From Parcubacteria group bacterium GW2011_GWA1_56_13 (GTDB taxonomy: Bacteria; Patescibacteriota; Minisyncoccia; Phycocordibacterales; Phycocordibacteraceae), in NCBI GenBank assembly GCA_001004905.1, contig LCRY01000002.1, forward strand, positions 115,577-179,576: a DNA stretch of 64,000 nt. The letters are read 5' to 3'. Below the pieces are notes generated by a model. That model made no database searches. It was given only the letters and a program-made list of their open reading frames with translations, and was not told where the DNA came from. Position numbers and translations under genes: made by a program. Shown piece by piece: positions 1 to 9,848 of the stretch (positions within the stretch are counted from its first letter, which is position 1; every line of letters starts with the position of its first letter).

Positions 1-153
1 GAGCCGGGAAAGGGCGGGCTCGATGATACGAAGTGGTTCCGGTTGCAGGACATCATTGACCTCAATTTCTACGATGATATGCTCCCCATCGTCACCGCGG
101 CCGTTCAAAAGCTGTTGGATAAAGCGAGCGATGAGAAAACTCCCTATGCCTGA
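1..153 (+). CDS. 3' end of an upstream gene, probably the C-terminus of a NUDIX-like domain (possibly a NusB-NUDIX fusion)
   Basis: Frame 1 is open from the window edge (EPGKGGLDDTKWFRLQDIIDLNFYDDMLPIVTAAVQKLL...) to TGA at 151-153, overlapping the rnc start. The family call is from recall. Confidence 0.5.
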   Translation, partial: EPGKGGLDDTKWFRLQDIIDLNFYDDMLPIVTAAVQKLLDKASDEKTPYA

Positions 154-835
154 TTTCAATTCATTTGCGCAGAAACTCGGCCTCTCGTTCAAAAAACCCA
201 ACTTGTTCATCGAGGCGCTCACGCACCGTTCGTATCTGAATGAGCATCGCGAGTACGCCGGCAACCACAACGAACGGCTGGAATTCCTCGGCGACGCCGT
301 GCTCGAGCTTGCTGCGACAAATTTCCTTTTCAAGAAATTTCCGGCAAGTCCGGAAGGCGAGCTCACGAGCTACCGCGCCGCGCTCGTCAACACCGTTTCA
401 CTCGCCGCGCTCGGGCAGGCGCTTGGCATGAGCGACTATCTCCTGCTCTCCCGCGGCGAGGCGAAGGATGTCGGGCGTGCGCGCGAGGCGATACTCGCAG
501 ATGCGTTTGAGGCGGTCATTGGCGCGATCTATCTGGATGCCGGCTACGAAAGTGCCGAGGCGTTCATCGCGAAGAATTTGTACGGCAAAATAGACGAGGT
601 CATCGCGAAACGTTCCTACCAGGACGCAAAAAGCCGTTTTCAGGAGATCGCCCAGGAAAAACGCGGCATCACGCCGCGGTATGAGACGCTTTCGGAAGAA
701 GGACCCGACCATGCGAAACTCTTTACGGTCGCGGTGTGCATCGGTTCGGAGGAGATCGCGCGCGGCAGCGGTCAATCAAAGCAGGAAGCCGAACAATCAG
801 CGGCGGAACGTGCGTTGATGAAAACGAATTGGTGA
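146..835 (+). CDS. rnc: Ribonuclease III
   Basis: Contains the HNERLEFLGDAVL signature, ADAFEAVIGAIYLD and a C-terminal dsRBD (GSGQSKQEAEQSAA). Start placed at MPDF, ATG 146. Confidence 0.97.
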   Translation: MPDFNSFAQKLGLSFKKPNLFIEALTHRSYLNEHREYAGNHNERLEFLGDAVLELAATNFLFKKFPASPEGELTSYRAALVNTVSLAALGQALGMSDYLLLSRGEAKDVGRAREAILADAFEAVIGAIYLDAGYESAEAFIAKNLYGKIDEVIAKRSYQDAKSRFQEIAQEKRGITPRYETLSEEGPDHAKLFTVAVCIGSEEIARGSGQSKQEAEQSAAERALMKTNW

Positions 836-1017
836 GCAAGCAGATTCGAACACTATGCGCGCCGTTGCGCCGGGACCGTTCGGTATCTCCGCATCAATCT
901 TTTATATTTTCACCACGCTCGTAATTGCATACGGTCGAATAAAGCGCAAAAACACCGATGGCATATGTAGTGTGCGGACAGGGAGGCGAAGCGGCACCGT
1001 GCGAGACGGCTGACGCG

Positions 1018-1923
1018 TCAGCTTTGTACGCTGATATTCTCTACCCGATAATCATCGAATTTGATGTCCATGAAATCGGTGCGGATGCCGGCAAGGTTGG
1101 GGCCGATGATGGGCGGCGTGCCGCCGTAATTCTTTCCGGTATCGGTCGCAGAAAGAACTTCGGACCATGGAACCCGACCGCTGCGCTGCACATAGAGAGA
1201 CAACGTGACGCCACCGCCTACGTTCGTTATCGTCGTCAATTTGAGCCCGAACCATTCGTCATGCGGCAAAAGATTTCTGCTCGATCCACCGCCGCTTACC
1301 GAATAAACGCCCGGAAACAGCTTCGCTTGCGCCATGGTATAATATCTTCCTCGGTATTTTTTCTTGATCACCGCGGTTCCATCGACGCGGATGCCGCCAT
1401 AATAGAGCGTCTCGCCATTTCCGTTGTAACGGCTCATAAATAAAATCCCGTTCGAAGCGCCCCGATTCTGGCTCGCGGAGAAATTGTCCCTGGCAATATA
1501 GAATTGCGCCTGCTGACTGAAATTCTCCCACCGGCTTTTTGTCAGGAGGCGGAACAGATTTTGCGGACGAAAACCGTTATCGGTATCAATGGAGCTGGAG
1601 CGTCCATATGCAATGCGCCACCGGTCCTGCGAAGGAAGCATATATTGCAGCGTTTCTCCGATGCCGTTTTCGATGATCATCTCGCCGCCGGACTCAAGGA
1701 ACCAGTACGGGCTCGGACTTTTCTCCGCACTCGTCGTTTCGTGCAGAATGCCGGGTGCGTTGAAAGAATAAATGAATGTGTCCGTATCCGCATGAGGGAC
1801 ATTCCGCTCGTTCCGTCCTCCGGCTGCGAACAGGAGAAGTGCCGTTATCAAGAAGCTCGAGAGGGTGATGCCGGACACGGTGAGGAGGACAATACGAAGG
1901 CGGAAGAACCACTCATGCGTCAT
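1018..1923 (-). CDS. Membrane-anchored extracellular protein, beta-rich (lectin/lyase-like?); last gene of the polysaccharide operon
   Basis: N-terminal hydrophobic helix followed by an aromatic/Gly-rich body. Its ATG (1921-1923) overlaps the upstream gene's TGA (ATGA coupling). Confidence 0.7.
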   Translation of the reverse strand: MTHEWFFRLRIVLLTVSGITLSSFLITALLLFAAGGRNERNVPHADTDTFIYSFNAPGILHETTSAEKSPSPYWFLESGGEMIIENGIGETLQYMLPSQDRWRIAYGRSSSIDTDNGFRPQNLFRLLTKSRWENFSQQAQFYIARDNFSASQNRGASNGILFMSRYNGNGETLYYGGIRVDGTAVIKKKYRGRYYTMAQAKLFPGVYSVSGGGSSRNLLPHDEWFGLKLTTITNVGGGVTLSLYVQRSGRVPWSEVLSATDTGKNYGGTPPIIGPNLAGIRTDFMDIKFDDYRVENISVQS

Positions 1924-3524
1924 AGGGACTCGACCGCGAGACGGGTGAGTATTGCCTGCGCCTCCCCGGCAGAGGGCGTCCATACCGTCGCGCCGACGCC
2001 GCCACTTCTCGAGATCCCGGCCACAGAGCCGGCGACCCTGACCCCATAGGCACTACAGCTCGCAGTATCGCCCTGCACCGACATGGAAAAATCCGCCTTT
2101 GCCGGCAGTGCGGGCGGGGCATATGGCTTGTAGGCGATAGTTTCCAGTTTTTCACCATCATGCCGCTCGAGATATATGCGGTTGTTGGAAAATGCGCATA
2201 CCACGTACGGCGCATATTGTGCCGTATACCGGGCTAGGAGGGAGAACGTGCCATACTTCCACTCAGCGGATGCGTTCATCTTATAATCCGTCCACGTACC
2301 GCTGCCATCAAGGAACGCGGACGCTCCGGTCGAATCTTTCGAGGCCGATAATTCGAGTCCCGTATCGTCCGGTCGTACCGTCCCCCAATTCGATTTCCAT
2401 GCGGGACCGAAGGTAAACGCAGTGTGGGGCAGCGATTTGACAACGCCGCCGTTGAGGACTTCGAGAAGATGCGAGCTGCTCCACGACGCGGTGGGTTCGA
2501 TGCGTTTTATGAGATGGACATCCGGGTCCGGATGATTGAAGAAATCTCCGTTACCCGGCCATGTTTGGTAGAAATCGAATGGGTAGATCGTGGGGACGAC
2601 GCGGCTCAGCAGGGTGTCCGCCTGCGGCGCATTTATGCTGTCCTGGCCCAGATCGTTCAGGGGATAGGCGAATCCATCGACTACGATGTCAAAATTATTC
2701 TCAAGCAGCGTTTTTGCGGCCGTCAAGTCATTGGTGACGCGCGTCACGAATTCCGCGGGGGTTTCAATTCGTCCCGCATCCGGCAGCCAGAAAAAATTCG
2801 AGAGAAAATGCTGTCCGGGGACGAGTGTGAGGTCTTGTGCGGTAGACGTAGCGATGGGGACGCTGTAGGTCAAGTGATCTTGGTCGCCATGGCTTTCCAG
2901 GTCCCACCGGCCGCTCTTCACCATGTAGTCGAGTTGCGACTTTGAGAGGTAGAAATCGTTGAGCGGAACGTCGCCGTTCCCCGGCATCGAGAAACCGGTG
3001 ATCACGAACATGACGGCTGTGTAGCCGAAGTCCTTTAGCAGTGGATCGGCTGAATATAACGCATCCGAGCGTCCGTCATCAAAGGTAAGAAGGAATGATT
3101 TATCGGGGACCGTCCCCGTCCCCTCCATAAACGCCTTGAATTGTTCCATCGTGATGGTATGCCAGCCGGCATCCCTGAGCGCCCGCATGTGTTCTACGAA
3201 TACACGCATCGGCGGCATGGAAGTGGAATCTCCCTCGCCGTGATAGAGGAGCACGGGAACGCTTCGTGCCGACACCACGGACGAAGTAGCCGACTGGGCT
3301 TCCGTTCTGGAGGAGCCGGTAACTGCCGCGAGTGCCGCTTCGGGAAGCTTGAACCGTACCAGATAGTACAGCTCAGCCCGCGCGCGCTGCGCACTGTCGG
3401 TGAATGCATGCATCGCCGGCCGAGCGGACGCCGCAATGAGGAACGTTGACACGGTCACGACGAGGAGCGCGAGAACAACGATACCAAGGAAGCCGATTTT
3501 TTTGTTTGAAAGATCAACGAACAT
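1920..3524 (-). CDS. Polysaccharide deacetylase (CE4, IcaB/PgaB-like) with an N-terminal anchor and a C-terminal beta-sandwich domain
   Basis: Motifs VPVLLYH, LLTFDDG, LESHGDQDH and FAYP; N-terminal transmembrane segment. Confidence 0.9.
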   Translation of the reverse strand: MFVDLSNKKIGFLGIVVLALLVVTVSTFLIAASARPAMHAFTDSAQRARAELYYLVRFKLPEAALAAVTGSSRTEAQSATSSVVSARSVPVLLYHGEGDSTSMPPMRVFVEHMRALRDAGWHTITMEQFKAFMEGTGTVPDKSFLLTFDDGRSDALYSADPLLKDFGYTAVMFVITGFSMPGNGDVPLNDFYLSKSQLDYMVKSGRWDLESHGDQDHLTYSVPIATSTAQDLTLVPGQHFLSNFFWLPDAGRIETPAEFVTRVTNDLTAAKTLLENNFDIVVDGFAYPLNDLGQDSINAPQADTLLSRVVPTIYPFDFYQTWPGNGDFFNHPDPDVHLIKRIEPTASWSSSHLLEVLNGGVVKSLPHTAFTFGPAWKSNWGTVRPDDTGLELSASKDSTGASAFLDGSGTWTDYKMNASAEWKYGTFSLLARYTAQYAPYVVCAFSNNRIYLERHDGEKLETIAYKPYAPPALPAKADFSMSVQGDTASCSAYGVRVAGSVAGISRSGGVGATVWTPSAGEAQAILTRLAVESL

Positions 3525-3526
3525 AC

Positions 3527-4798
3527 TTAGCGAGTCCCCCAGTGATTATCGGCGATGGTTACGACGGCCCACGGCAACTGCCACATGAGGATCACGGTGT
3601 AGAACCAATAGCTGACGACGGCGGGAAACCAGTTGCGGTCCTGAGTGTAAATGCGGTAGTAGACCCCGTGCAGGAGGAGCATGAGGAAAAGTCCGGAGAG
3701 ATAGATTATCGGCAGTATGCCGTAAAAAATGGGTTCCCACATCACGGCATGGACGAAGACGATCGGGGCCGCGAACGCGAGAAATATGTAGCTGTAGAAA
3801 AAGAGAGCGGCTACAGTGTCTTTCTTCCATATGAACGACGCGGCGATAAAAGTTTCGCGCACCCAGCTTTTCTTCCATCGCTGCTGTTGTTTCCGGTACG
3901 TTTTGAAATTGTTCGGAACCACGGTATACGCTTTTGCTTCGCTCGAATATGCCGCCCGATAATTGCGCAGTACGTAATTGGTGAGCGAACGGTCGTCTCC
4001 GAACGTACATTCTTTCCCGAGGAAGGTCTGGTGCAGCCATTCGTCAATGAACTCATCAAGATAACTCTTACGATACGCGCTGCAGCATCCGGGACAGCAG
4101 GTAACGATTCCGAAAATGGATTCGGCGGCTTTGTAGACCTTGAAAGCGATATAGTAGCGCAGCGCCTGCATTCTGGTGAGGACGTTTTCGTCGTGGTTAT
4201 AGACATCCGTGTGTCCGGAGACGGCCCCGATCTCGGGAATCGTAAAATACTTGACCAGGTGCCGCACGCACGATGGCTCGATAAAGCTGTCGCTGTCTAT
4301 GAAGATGACTATCTCGCTTCGGGAGCGTCTCACGCCTTCATGCATGCCGTGGCGCTTACCGCGATTTTGTTTCCAATCCACTACCTCCACCCGCGCGACA
4401 CGCGGCGCTATGTCGCGCGCCGCGCGCCGCATCTCGGCAAGCGTCGTATCGGTTGAACCGTCATTGATGGCGATTACCTCTATCTTCTCGCCGGGATAAT
4501 CCACTTCGCTGAAACGTCGAAGTGTTTCGTAGATATTCTCGCCTTCGTTCTTTGCCGGTACAACGAACGCGACGGTCGGCTCATAGTCGTTGGCCAGCGG
4601 GACGCTTCGATGCAGATAGGAGAGCAGAAACCGCGAAAAGATATACAGAACGATAAGGATGCTGTAAGTGCCGAAGAAGACATTGCGGTTTATGTAGTTC
4701 CCCGTCGCTATCTTGATGAGTATGACGACATAGATCAAGCCGAAGAAGACGAGCCAAAATCCCATATCCAGGAGTTTGCGATTGGAAGATTCATTCAT
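3527..4798 (-). CDS. GT2 processive glycosyltransferase, class I hyaluronan synthase (HasA)-like
   Basis: Motifs NDGSTD, RGKRH, FIDSDS, VTCCPGCCSAYR, FLGKECTFGDDRSLTN and QQQRWKKS. Two N-terminal and several C-terminal TM segments; 423 aa. Confidence 0.85.
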   Translation of the reverse strand: MNESSNRKLLDMGFWLVFFGLIYVVILIKIATGNYINRNVFFGTYSILIVLYIFSRFLLSYLHRSVPLANDYEPTVAFVVPAKNEGENIYETLRRFSEVDYPGEKIEVIAINDGSTDTTLAEMRRAARDIAPRVARVEVVDWKQNRGKRHGMHEGVRRSRSEIVIFIDSDSFIEPSCVRHLVKYFTIPEIGAVSGHTDVYNHDENVLTRMQALRYYIAFKVYKAAESIFGIVTCCPGCCSAYRKSYLDEFIDEWLHQTFLGKECTFGDDRSLTNYVLRNYRAAYSSEAKAYTVVPNNFKTYRKQQQRWKKSWVRETFIAASFIWKKDTVAALFFYSYIFLAFAAPIVFVHAVMWEPIFYGILPIIYLSGLFLMLLLHGVYYRIYTQDRNWFPAVVSYWFYTVILMWQLPWAVVTIADNHWGTR

Positions 4799-4862
4799 AT
4801 AGCATATAGGTCAGGAGCGGATGCCGCGCTGTGCGTCGTCGGAGGAACTGTTCGCATGACAA

Positions 4863-6236
4863 TTATCTTCCGATACCGTGGTACGCTATCCCGCTTGCGA
4901 CGAATTCTTCCTTCGGAAGGCAGTTGCGTCCGTCGATAAGGACGCGGACGCCATGAGAAAGGAAGTCCTTTGGGGAAAGCGAACGGAAAACGCTATGGTC
5001 GGTGGCGATTACGGCGGCGTTGGCTCCGGAGAGGGCCTCTTCGAGCGAGTGTGCGGTAGATTGTTCCGGAACGAACGGGTCGAATTTCCGTACCTGCGCG
5101 CCGCCCCTGTTCAGTTCGGTTTCGATGGCAAGTGCGGGGCTCTCGCGCAGGTCAGGCACATCCCGCTTGTACGCGAGTCCCAAAAGCGCGACGGCCGCAC
5201 CCTTGAGCGGCATATTCTTGCGGCGCAACAACTGCTCCAAACGATTCACGGTATAGCGCGGCATCTCGTTGTTGATCTGTCGCGCGGCGATGAGGAAGCG
5301 GTGCTCGAAACCGTTCTCTTTTCCATAGCGGATCAGATAGTAGGGGTCGACGGGTATGCAGTGCCCTCCCACCCCGCAGCCGGGGAAGTGTGGCATGAAG
5401 GCAAAGGGTTTTGTCGAGGCCCCCCTGATGACGTGCATGATGTCAATGTCGGCCTTATCGAACGACATCGCCAGTTCATTCACGAACGCGATGTTAATGT
5501 CGCGGAACGCATTCTCGACCATTTTCACCGCCTCTGCCTCTTTCATCGAGTTCATCGGCGTCACGGAAGCATCGATCAAAGATTCATATAAGAGGATCGC
5601 GCGTGCGTTACTGGTCGGGCCTGCGCCGCCGATGACGCGCGGCAAGGTCCGCGTCGTCCATGTCGCGTCTCCCGGATTGACACGTTCGGGACAATGCGCG
5701 AATGAAAAATCCTTTTCACAGACGAGGCCCGATTCGCGCTCGAGGATGGGCAGAGCGACGCTCTCGCATACGCCGGGATTCACTGTCGATTCGATGACGA
5801 CAAGTGCGCCTTTCTTCAGATGTCGGCCGACCGCCGTGCACGCCCCTACGAGCGGAGCAAGATCGGGGACATGTTCCTCGTTCACCGGCGTCGGCACGCA
5901 GATAATATGGGTCAGCGCCTCATCCAGTATGCGCTCGTCAGAACTCAAGCGCATGCGGCTTTTCCGAAAAGCCCTCGACTCCTCGTTTGAGAGGAACGGT
6001 GCGTTCCTTCCCTGCAAAAGCGCGATTTTTATCTTGTCTATATCGAAACCGACGACGCGGTGGCCCCTCGATTCGGCAAGAATGGCGAGCGGCAATCCTA
6101 CATATCCGAGTCCGATAACCGCAATCGTTCCGGTACTCACGCTTTCCGCGGCAAAGTCGACGTGTGCTTCAGTCGGCGTGGGGTGTGCATCAGACAACGC
6201 TGTCACACGGGATTCGCGGGCGCTCCGTATATCCAT
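4863..6236 (-). CDS. Nucleotide-sugar dehydrogenase (UDP-GlcNAc/ManNAc 6-dehydrogenase type, WecC/WbpA/TviB-like)
   Basis: Motifs VIGLGYVGLP, ICVPTP, IESTVNPG, CPERVNPG, KMVENAFRDINIAFVNE, GVGGHCIPVDPYY and GLAYKRDVPDLRESP. The start codon is uncertain. Confidence 0.9.
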   Translation of the reverse strand: MDIRSARESRVTALSDAHPTPTEAHVDFAAESVSTGTIAVIGLGYVGLPLAILAESRGHRVVGFDIDKIKIALLQGRNAPFLSNEESRAFRKSRMRLSSDERILDEALTHIICVPTPVNEEHVPDLAPLVGACTAVGRHLKKGALVVIESTVNPGVCESVALPILERESGLVCEKDFSFAHCPERVNPGDATWTTRTLPRVIGGAGPTSNARAILLYESLIDASVTPMNSMKEAEAVKMVENAFRDINIAFVNELAMSFDKADIDIMHVIRGASTKPFAFMPHFPGCGVGGHCIPVDPYYLIRYGKENGFEHRFLIAARQINNEMPRYTVNRLEQLLRRKNMPLKGAAVALLGLAYKRDVPDLRESPALAIETELNRGGAQVRKFDPFVPEQSTAHSLEEALSGANAAVIATDHSVFRSLSPKDFLSHGVRVLIDGRNCLPKEEFVASGIAYHGIGR

Positions 6237-6294
6237 AGGCCCCAACGCTAACAGGTACACGATGAACAACCAGTGAATGCGCTATACTCAAAGC

Positions 6295-8532
6295 ATGTTG
6301 AAGCGGTTGGAGATCGTCGGATTCAAATCATTCGCCAAGAAAACGGTCTTGGAGTTCGCGAGCGCGACCACGGCGATCGTCGGACCGAACGGTTCGGGCA
6401 AGTCGAATGTGGCCGAAGCGTTCCGTTTCGCGCTTGGTGAACAATCAATGAAAAGTATGCGTGGGAAGCGAGCGGAGGATCTTATTTGGGGCGGCTCGCA
6501 TTCGGTTCCTCGCGCAAACCGCGGCTCGGTCGCCATCACGTTCGATAATTCCCGCCTGCCTGCGCAGGCAGGCCGCTCGTTCAGGATTGATTTTGACGAG
6601 GTCGTGATCGAACGGGCGGTTTTTCGCGACGGCACGAGCGAGTACTCCATCAACGGCTCGCGTGTCCGCCTGCGCGATATTCATGAGCTCTTAGCGAGCG
6701 CTAACATCGGCGAAACGGGCCACCACATCATTTCCCAGGGCGAATCGGACAGGATTCTGCTCGCCAATGCGCAAGAGCGGCGCGCGATGCTTGAAGATGC
6801 GCTCGGGCTCAAACTGTACGAATTCAAAAAACAGGAAGCGGCTCGGAAGCTCCTCAAGACCGAAGAGAACATCGCACAGGTCAACTCGCTCCGGAGGGAA
6901 CTCGCGCCGCACCTGCGGTTCTTGGAAAGCCAGGTGAAAAAGCTTGAACGAGCCGAAGAGCTCAAAAACGGACTTGTCGGACTCGCGCAGACCTATTTTG
7001 CCATCGAGGACGCGTATATCGCGCAGGAAAAGTCGAGGGTTAGTGCGGAGAAGAAGCGTGCGGCGGAGCGGCTCGCCGTCGCGGATGCCGAATTGAACCG
7101 AATCGCGGACCCGAAGACGGCGGATCACGAGACCGTCAAGCGGACCGAGATGTTGCGGAAGGCGGAGCGGGAAGTCGCCGAACTCTCCGCAGAGCGGGCG
7201 GCCCTTTCGCGCAACATCGGTCGCGTCGAGGGAGCACTCGAAGAAGTGAAACGCCGCGCGACCGTCGTTGCGCGCGAGCCGTACGCGAAAGTGCCGCGCG
7301 AGGAGCTTGAAGCGTTGCATCACGAAGTCGAGCGGCAGGCCGAAAGTGCCATGGGTGCCGACGGTACTCCCGAGGCGTTGCGCGCCGCGCTCACGGCTAT
7401 CCGCTCCGCGGTCAAGGTCTTCTTTTCGCGGCACGGAGCACCGCGCGACGAACGGTTTTCGGATGAAGAGGAATCCGCGTTCAAGCTGGAGACGGAACAC
7501 GCGGAACTCCTGAAAAAATATACGGCGGTGTCCGCCGCTCTTGAGAAAGCGGAATCCATACGCGCGCGCACGCGCGAGGCGATGGTCGCCTACGAAGAGA
7601 CCGGCCGCGAAGACCGCCGCCGCATTCTCGATTTCGCTCAAGCGAAGGCGCACGAAGAAGGCATCGTCGTCACATGCGAAGCGCGCGAACACGAACTTGC
7701 GCTTCTCCACGAAGCGCTTGAACGCGACAAACGCGAGGCGGTCGCCCTTGCGGGCCCGGCGGCGACTTCGTACATACCGCTTGCGGCGATGTCGCCGGAG
7801 GAACGCAAGGTTCAGGAGGACCGCAAACGCGCCTTGGAACGTATGAAGATCCGGTTGGAAGAAGCGGGAGGCACCGGCGAGGAAATACGGAGGGAACACG
7901 CGGAAGTGGCGGAGCGCGAAGCGTTCCTCGCCAAGGAACTCGACGACCTGGCGAAGTCGGCGGCCGGACTCGCCGCTCTCATCGGTGATCTAGACGCCGA
8001 ACTCGCGAAACATTTCTCCGAAGGGCTTGCGAAGGTCAACGCATCGTTCGGCGAATACTTCGCGCTCATGTTCGGCGGCGGCGGCGCCCGGCTTACACTT
8101 GAGGAACCGGAAGAACCAGAAGAACTGGACGGGGAGGAACAGGAAGAAGCCGTTGATGAACCGCAACCCGAACGGCGGCCGGGCATAGAGATAGCGGTCA
8201 ATCTGCCGAAGAAGAAGGTACGGTCCCTGATGCAGCTTTCAGGCGGCGAGCGCGCTCTCACATCCATTGCGCTCATATTCGCGATGAGCCAGGTGAATCC
8301 GCCGCCATTTTTGATACTGGACGAGACCGACGCCGCGCTTGATGAAGCGAACAGTCGGCGCTACGGCGACATGATAGAGAATCTCGCGAAAAAATCCCAA
8401 CTCATCGTCATCACCCACAACCGCGAAACGATGAGCCGCACGAACGTTCTCTATGGCGTTACCATGGGCGGCGATGGCGTGAGCAAATTGCTCTCGGTCA
8501 AATTCGAGGAAGCGGTAGCGGTCGCGAAATAA
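6295..8532 (+). CDS. smc: SMC-family ATPase, short form (~745 aa)
   Basis: Motifs GFKSFA, Walker A GPNGSGKSN, signature LSGGE and Walker B ILDETDAALD; long coiled coil. Confidence 0.9.
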   Translation: MLKRLEIVGFKSFAKKTVLEFASATTAIVGPNGSGKSNVAEAFRFALGEQSMKSMRGKRAEDLIWGGSHSVPRANRGSVAITFDNSRLPAQAGRSFRIDFDEVVIERAVFRDGTSEYSINGSRVRLRDIHELLASANIGETGHHIISQGESDRILLANAQERRAMLEDALGLKLYEFKKQEAARKLLKTEENIAQVNSLRRELAPHLRFLESQVKKLERAEELKNGLVGLAQTYFAIEDAYIAQEKSRVSAEKKRAAERLAVADAELNRIADPKTADHETVKRTEMLRKAEREVAELSAERAALSRNIGRVEGALEEVKRRATVVAREPYAKVPREELEALHHEVERQAESAMGADGTPEALRAALTAIRSAVKVFFSRHGAPRDERFSDEEESAFKLETEHAELLKKYTAVSAALEKAESIRARTREAMVAYEETGREDRRRILDFAQAKAHEEGIVVTCEAREHELALLHEALERDKREAVALAGPAATSYIPLAAMSPEERKVQEDRKRALERMKIRLEEAGGTGEEIRREHAEVAEREAFLAKELDDLAKSAAGLAALIGDLDAELAKHFSEGLAKVNASFGEYFALMFGGGGARLTLEEPEEPEELDGEEQEEAVDEPQPERRPGIEIAVNLPKKKVRSLMQLSGGERALTSIALIFAMSQVNPPPFLILDETDAALDEANSRRYGDMIENLAKKSQLIVITHNRETMSRTNVLYGVTMGGDGVSKLLSVKFEEAVAVAK
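6554..6573. repeat. Perfect 20-bp palindrome inside smc (encodes ..LPAQAG..)
   Basis: GCCTGCCTGCGCAGGCAGGC equals its own reverse complement. Confidence 0.75.
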
Positions 8533-8534
8533 TC

Positions 8535-9848
8535 ATGGCGGCATTTGAATACTTCAAGACCAACGTAGAAAAAGCGGCAAGCTTGCTCGGACTATCGGAA
8601 GCAGAGCGAAAAGCGCTGGAGAAACCGGACCGCATCCTCCGGGCGGAGCTTGAAATAGAGATGGATGATGGAAAAAAGGAAAGGTTTCCTGCATACCGCG
8701 TCCAGTTCAATAACGCACGCGGCCCGTACAAGGGCGGCATCCGATTTCATCCGAACGCCGACGAGGACGAGGTGTCGGCGCTCGCCGCGATGATGGCGGT
8801 AAAGTGCGCCGTCGTTGGCATTCCCATGGGCGGCGGCAAGGGCGGCGTCGCCGTTGACCCGAAGAAGCTGTCGAGAGGTGAGATACATCGCCTCTCGCGC
8901 GCATACGTACGGGCATTCGCCGACAACTTAGGGCCCGATACCGATGTGCCAGCGCCGGACGTCTACACCAATCCGGAGATCATGGGTGTGATGCTCGATG
9001 AATATGAAAAGATCGTCGGGAAGAAGTCTCCTGCAATGATCACCGGCAAGCCGGTCGAGCTCGGCGGAAGCTTTGGCCGAGATACGGCGACCGCGGATGG
9101 CGCAATGGCGGTCCTCGAAGCGTTTTTCAAAGACCGCAGGTTCGATCCGAAATTCCTCACCGTTGCCATACAAGGAGTGGGGAACGCGGGTGCGCAGGCG
9201 GCGCGGCTCGCATGCGCGATGGGCATGAAAGTCGTTGCGCTCGCCGACTCGCATGGCACGCTCAAAAGCCGGCGTGGCATTGACGTCGAGAAAACGCTTT
9301 CAATAAAGGAGGAAAAAGGTTCGGTACGCGACCTATACTGCCAGGGCTCCGTCTGCGACGCAACGCGGCTTGCAGAGGACGATGCAGAGATCCTCGCGGC
9401 CGATGCGGTCATCGTCGCGCAAGCAGACGTGCTCATTCCGGCGGCGCTTGAGGAGCAGGTTCGCAAAGAAAACGCCCCGGACGTCACAGCAGACATCATT
9501 TTGGAGATCGCGAACGGCCCTGTCACTCCTGAGGCTGACGAAGTACTCGCGTCAAAAAATACGACCGTGATACCGGATGTGCTTGCGAATGCGGGCGGCG
9601 TGACGGTTTCCTATTTTGAATGGCTGCAAAATCGTTCCGGCGAGCACTGGACGAAAGAAGTTGTGCGTGCGCGGCTTTTGGAAACGATGACCAAGGCCTA
9701 TCGCGAGATCGCCGATTTCGCGAAGGAACGGGACATCACGCTGCGCGAAGCGGCCTACGCGCTCGCGCTTACGCGCATCATCGGGGCGATGAAAGCTCGG
9801 GAGAAGCTTCGGCCGAACGATTTCGCACGCGCTGATACGCCAATATAA
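8535..9848 (+). CDS. gdhA: Glu/Leu/Phe/Val dehydrogenase (glutamate dehydrogenase)
   Basis: Motifs RGPYKGGIRFHP, GGGKGG, DVPAPDV, IQGVGNAG and PDVLANAGGVTVSYFEW. Confidence 0.95.
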   Translation: MAAFEYFKTNVEKAASLLGLSEAERKALEKPDRILRAELEIEMDDGKKERFPAYRVQFNNARGPYKGGIRFHPNADEDEVSALAAMMAVKCAVVGIPMGGGKGGVAVDPKKLSRGEIHRLSRAYVRAFADNLGPDTDVPAPDVYTNPEIMGVMLDEYEKIVGKKSPAMITGKPVELGGSFGRDTATADGAMAVLEAFFKDRRFDPKFLTVAIQGVGNAGAQAARLACAMGMKVVALADSHGTLKSRRGIDVEKTLSIKEEKGSVRDLYCQGSVCDATRLAEDDAEILAADAVIVAQADVLIPAALEEQVRKENAPDVTADIILEIANGPVTPEADEVLASKNTTVIPDVLANAGGVTVSYFEWLQNRSGEHWTKEVVRARLLETMTKAYREIADFAKERDITLREAAYALALTRIIGAMKAREKLRPNDFARADTPI

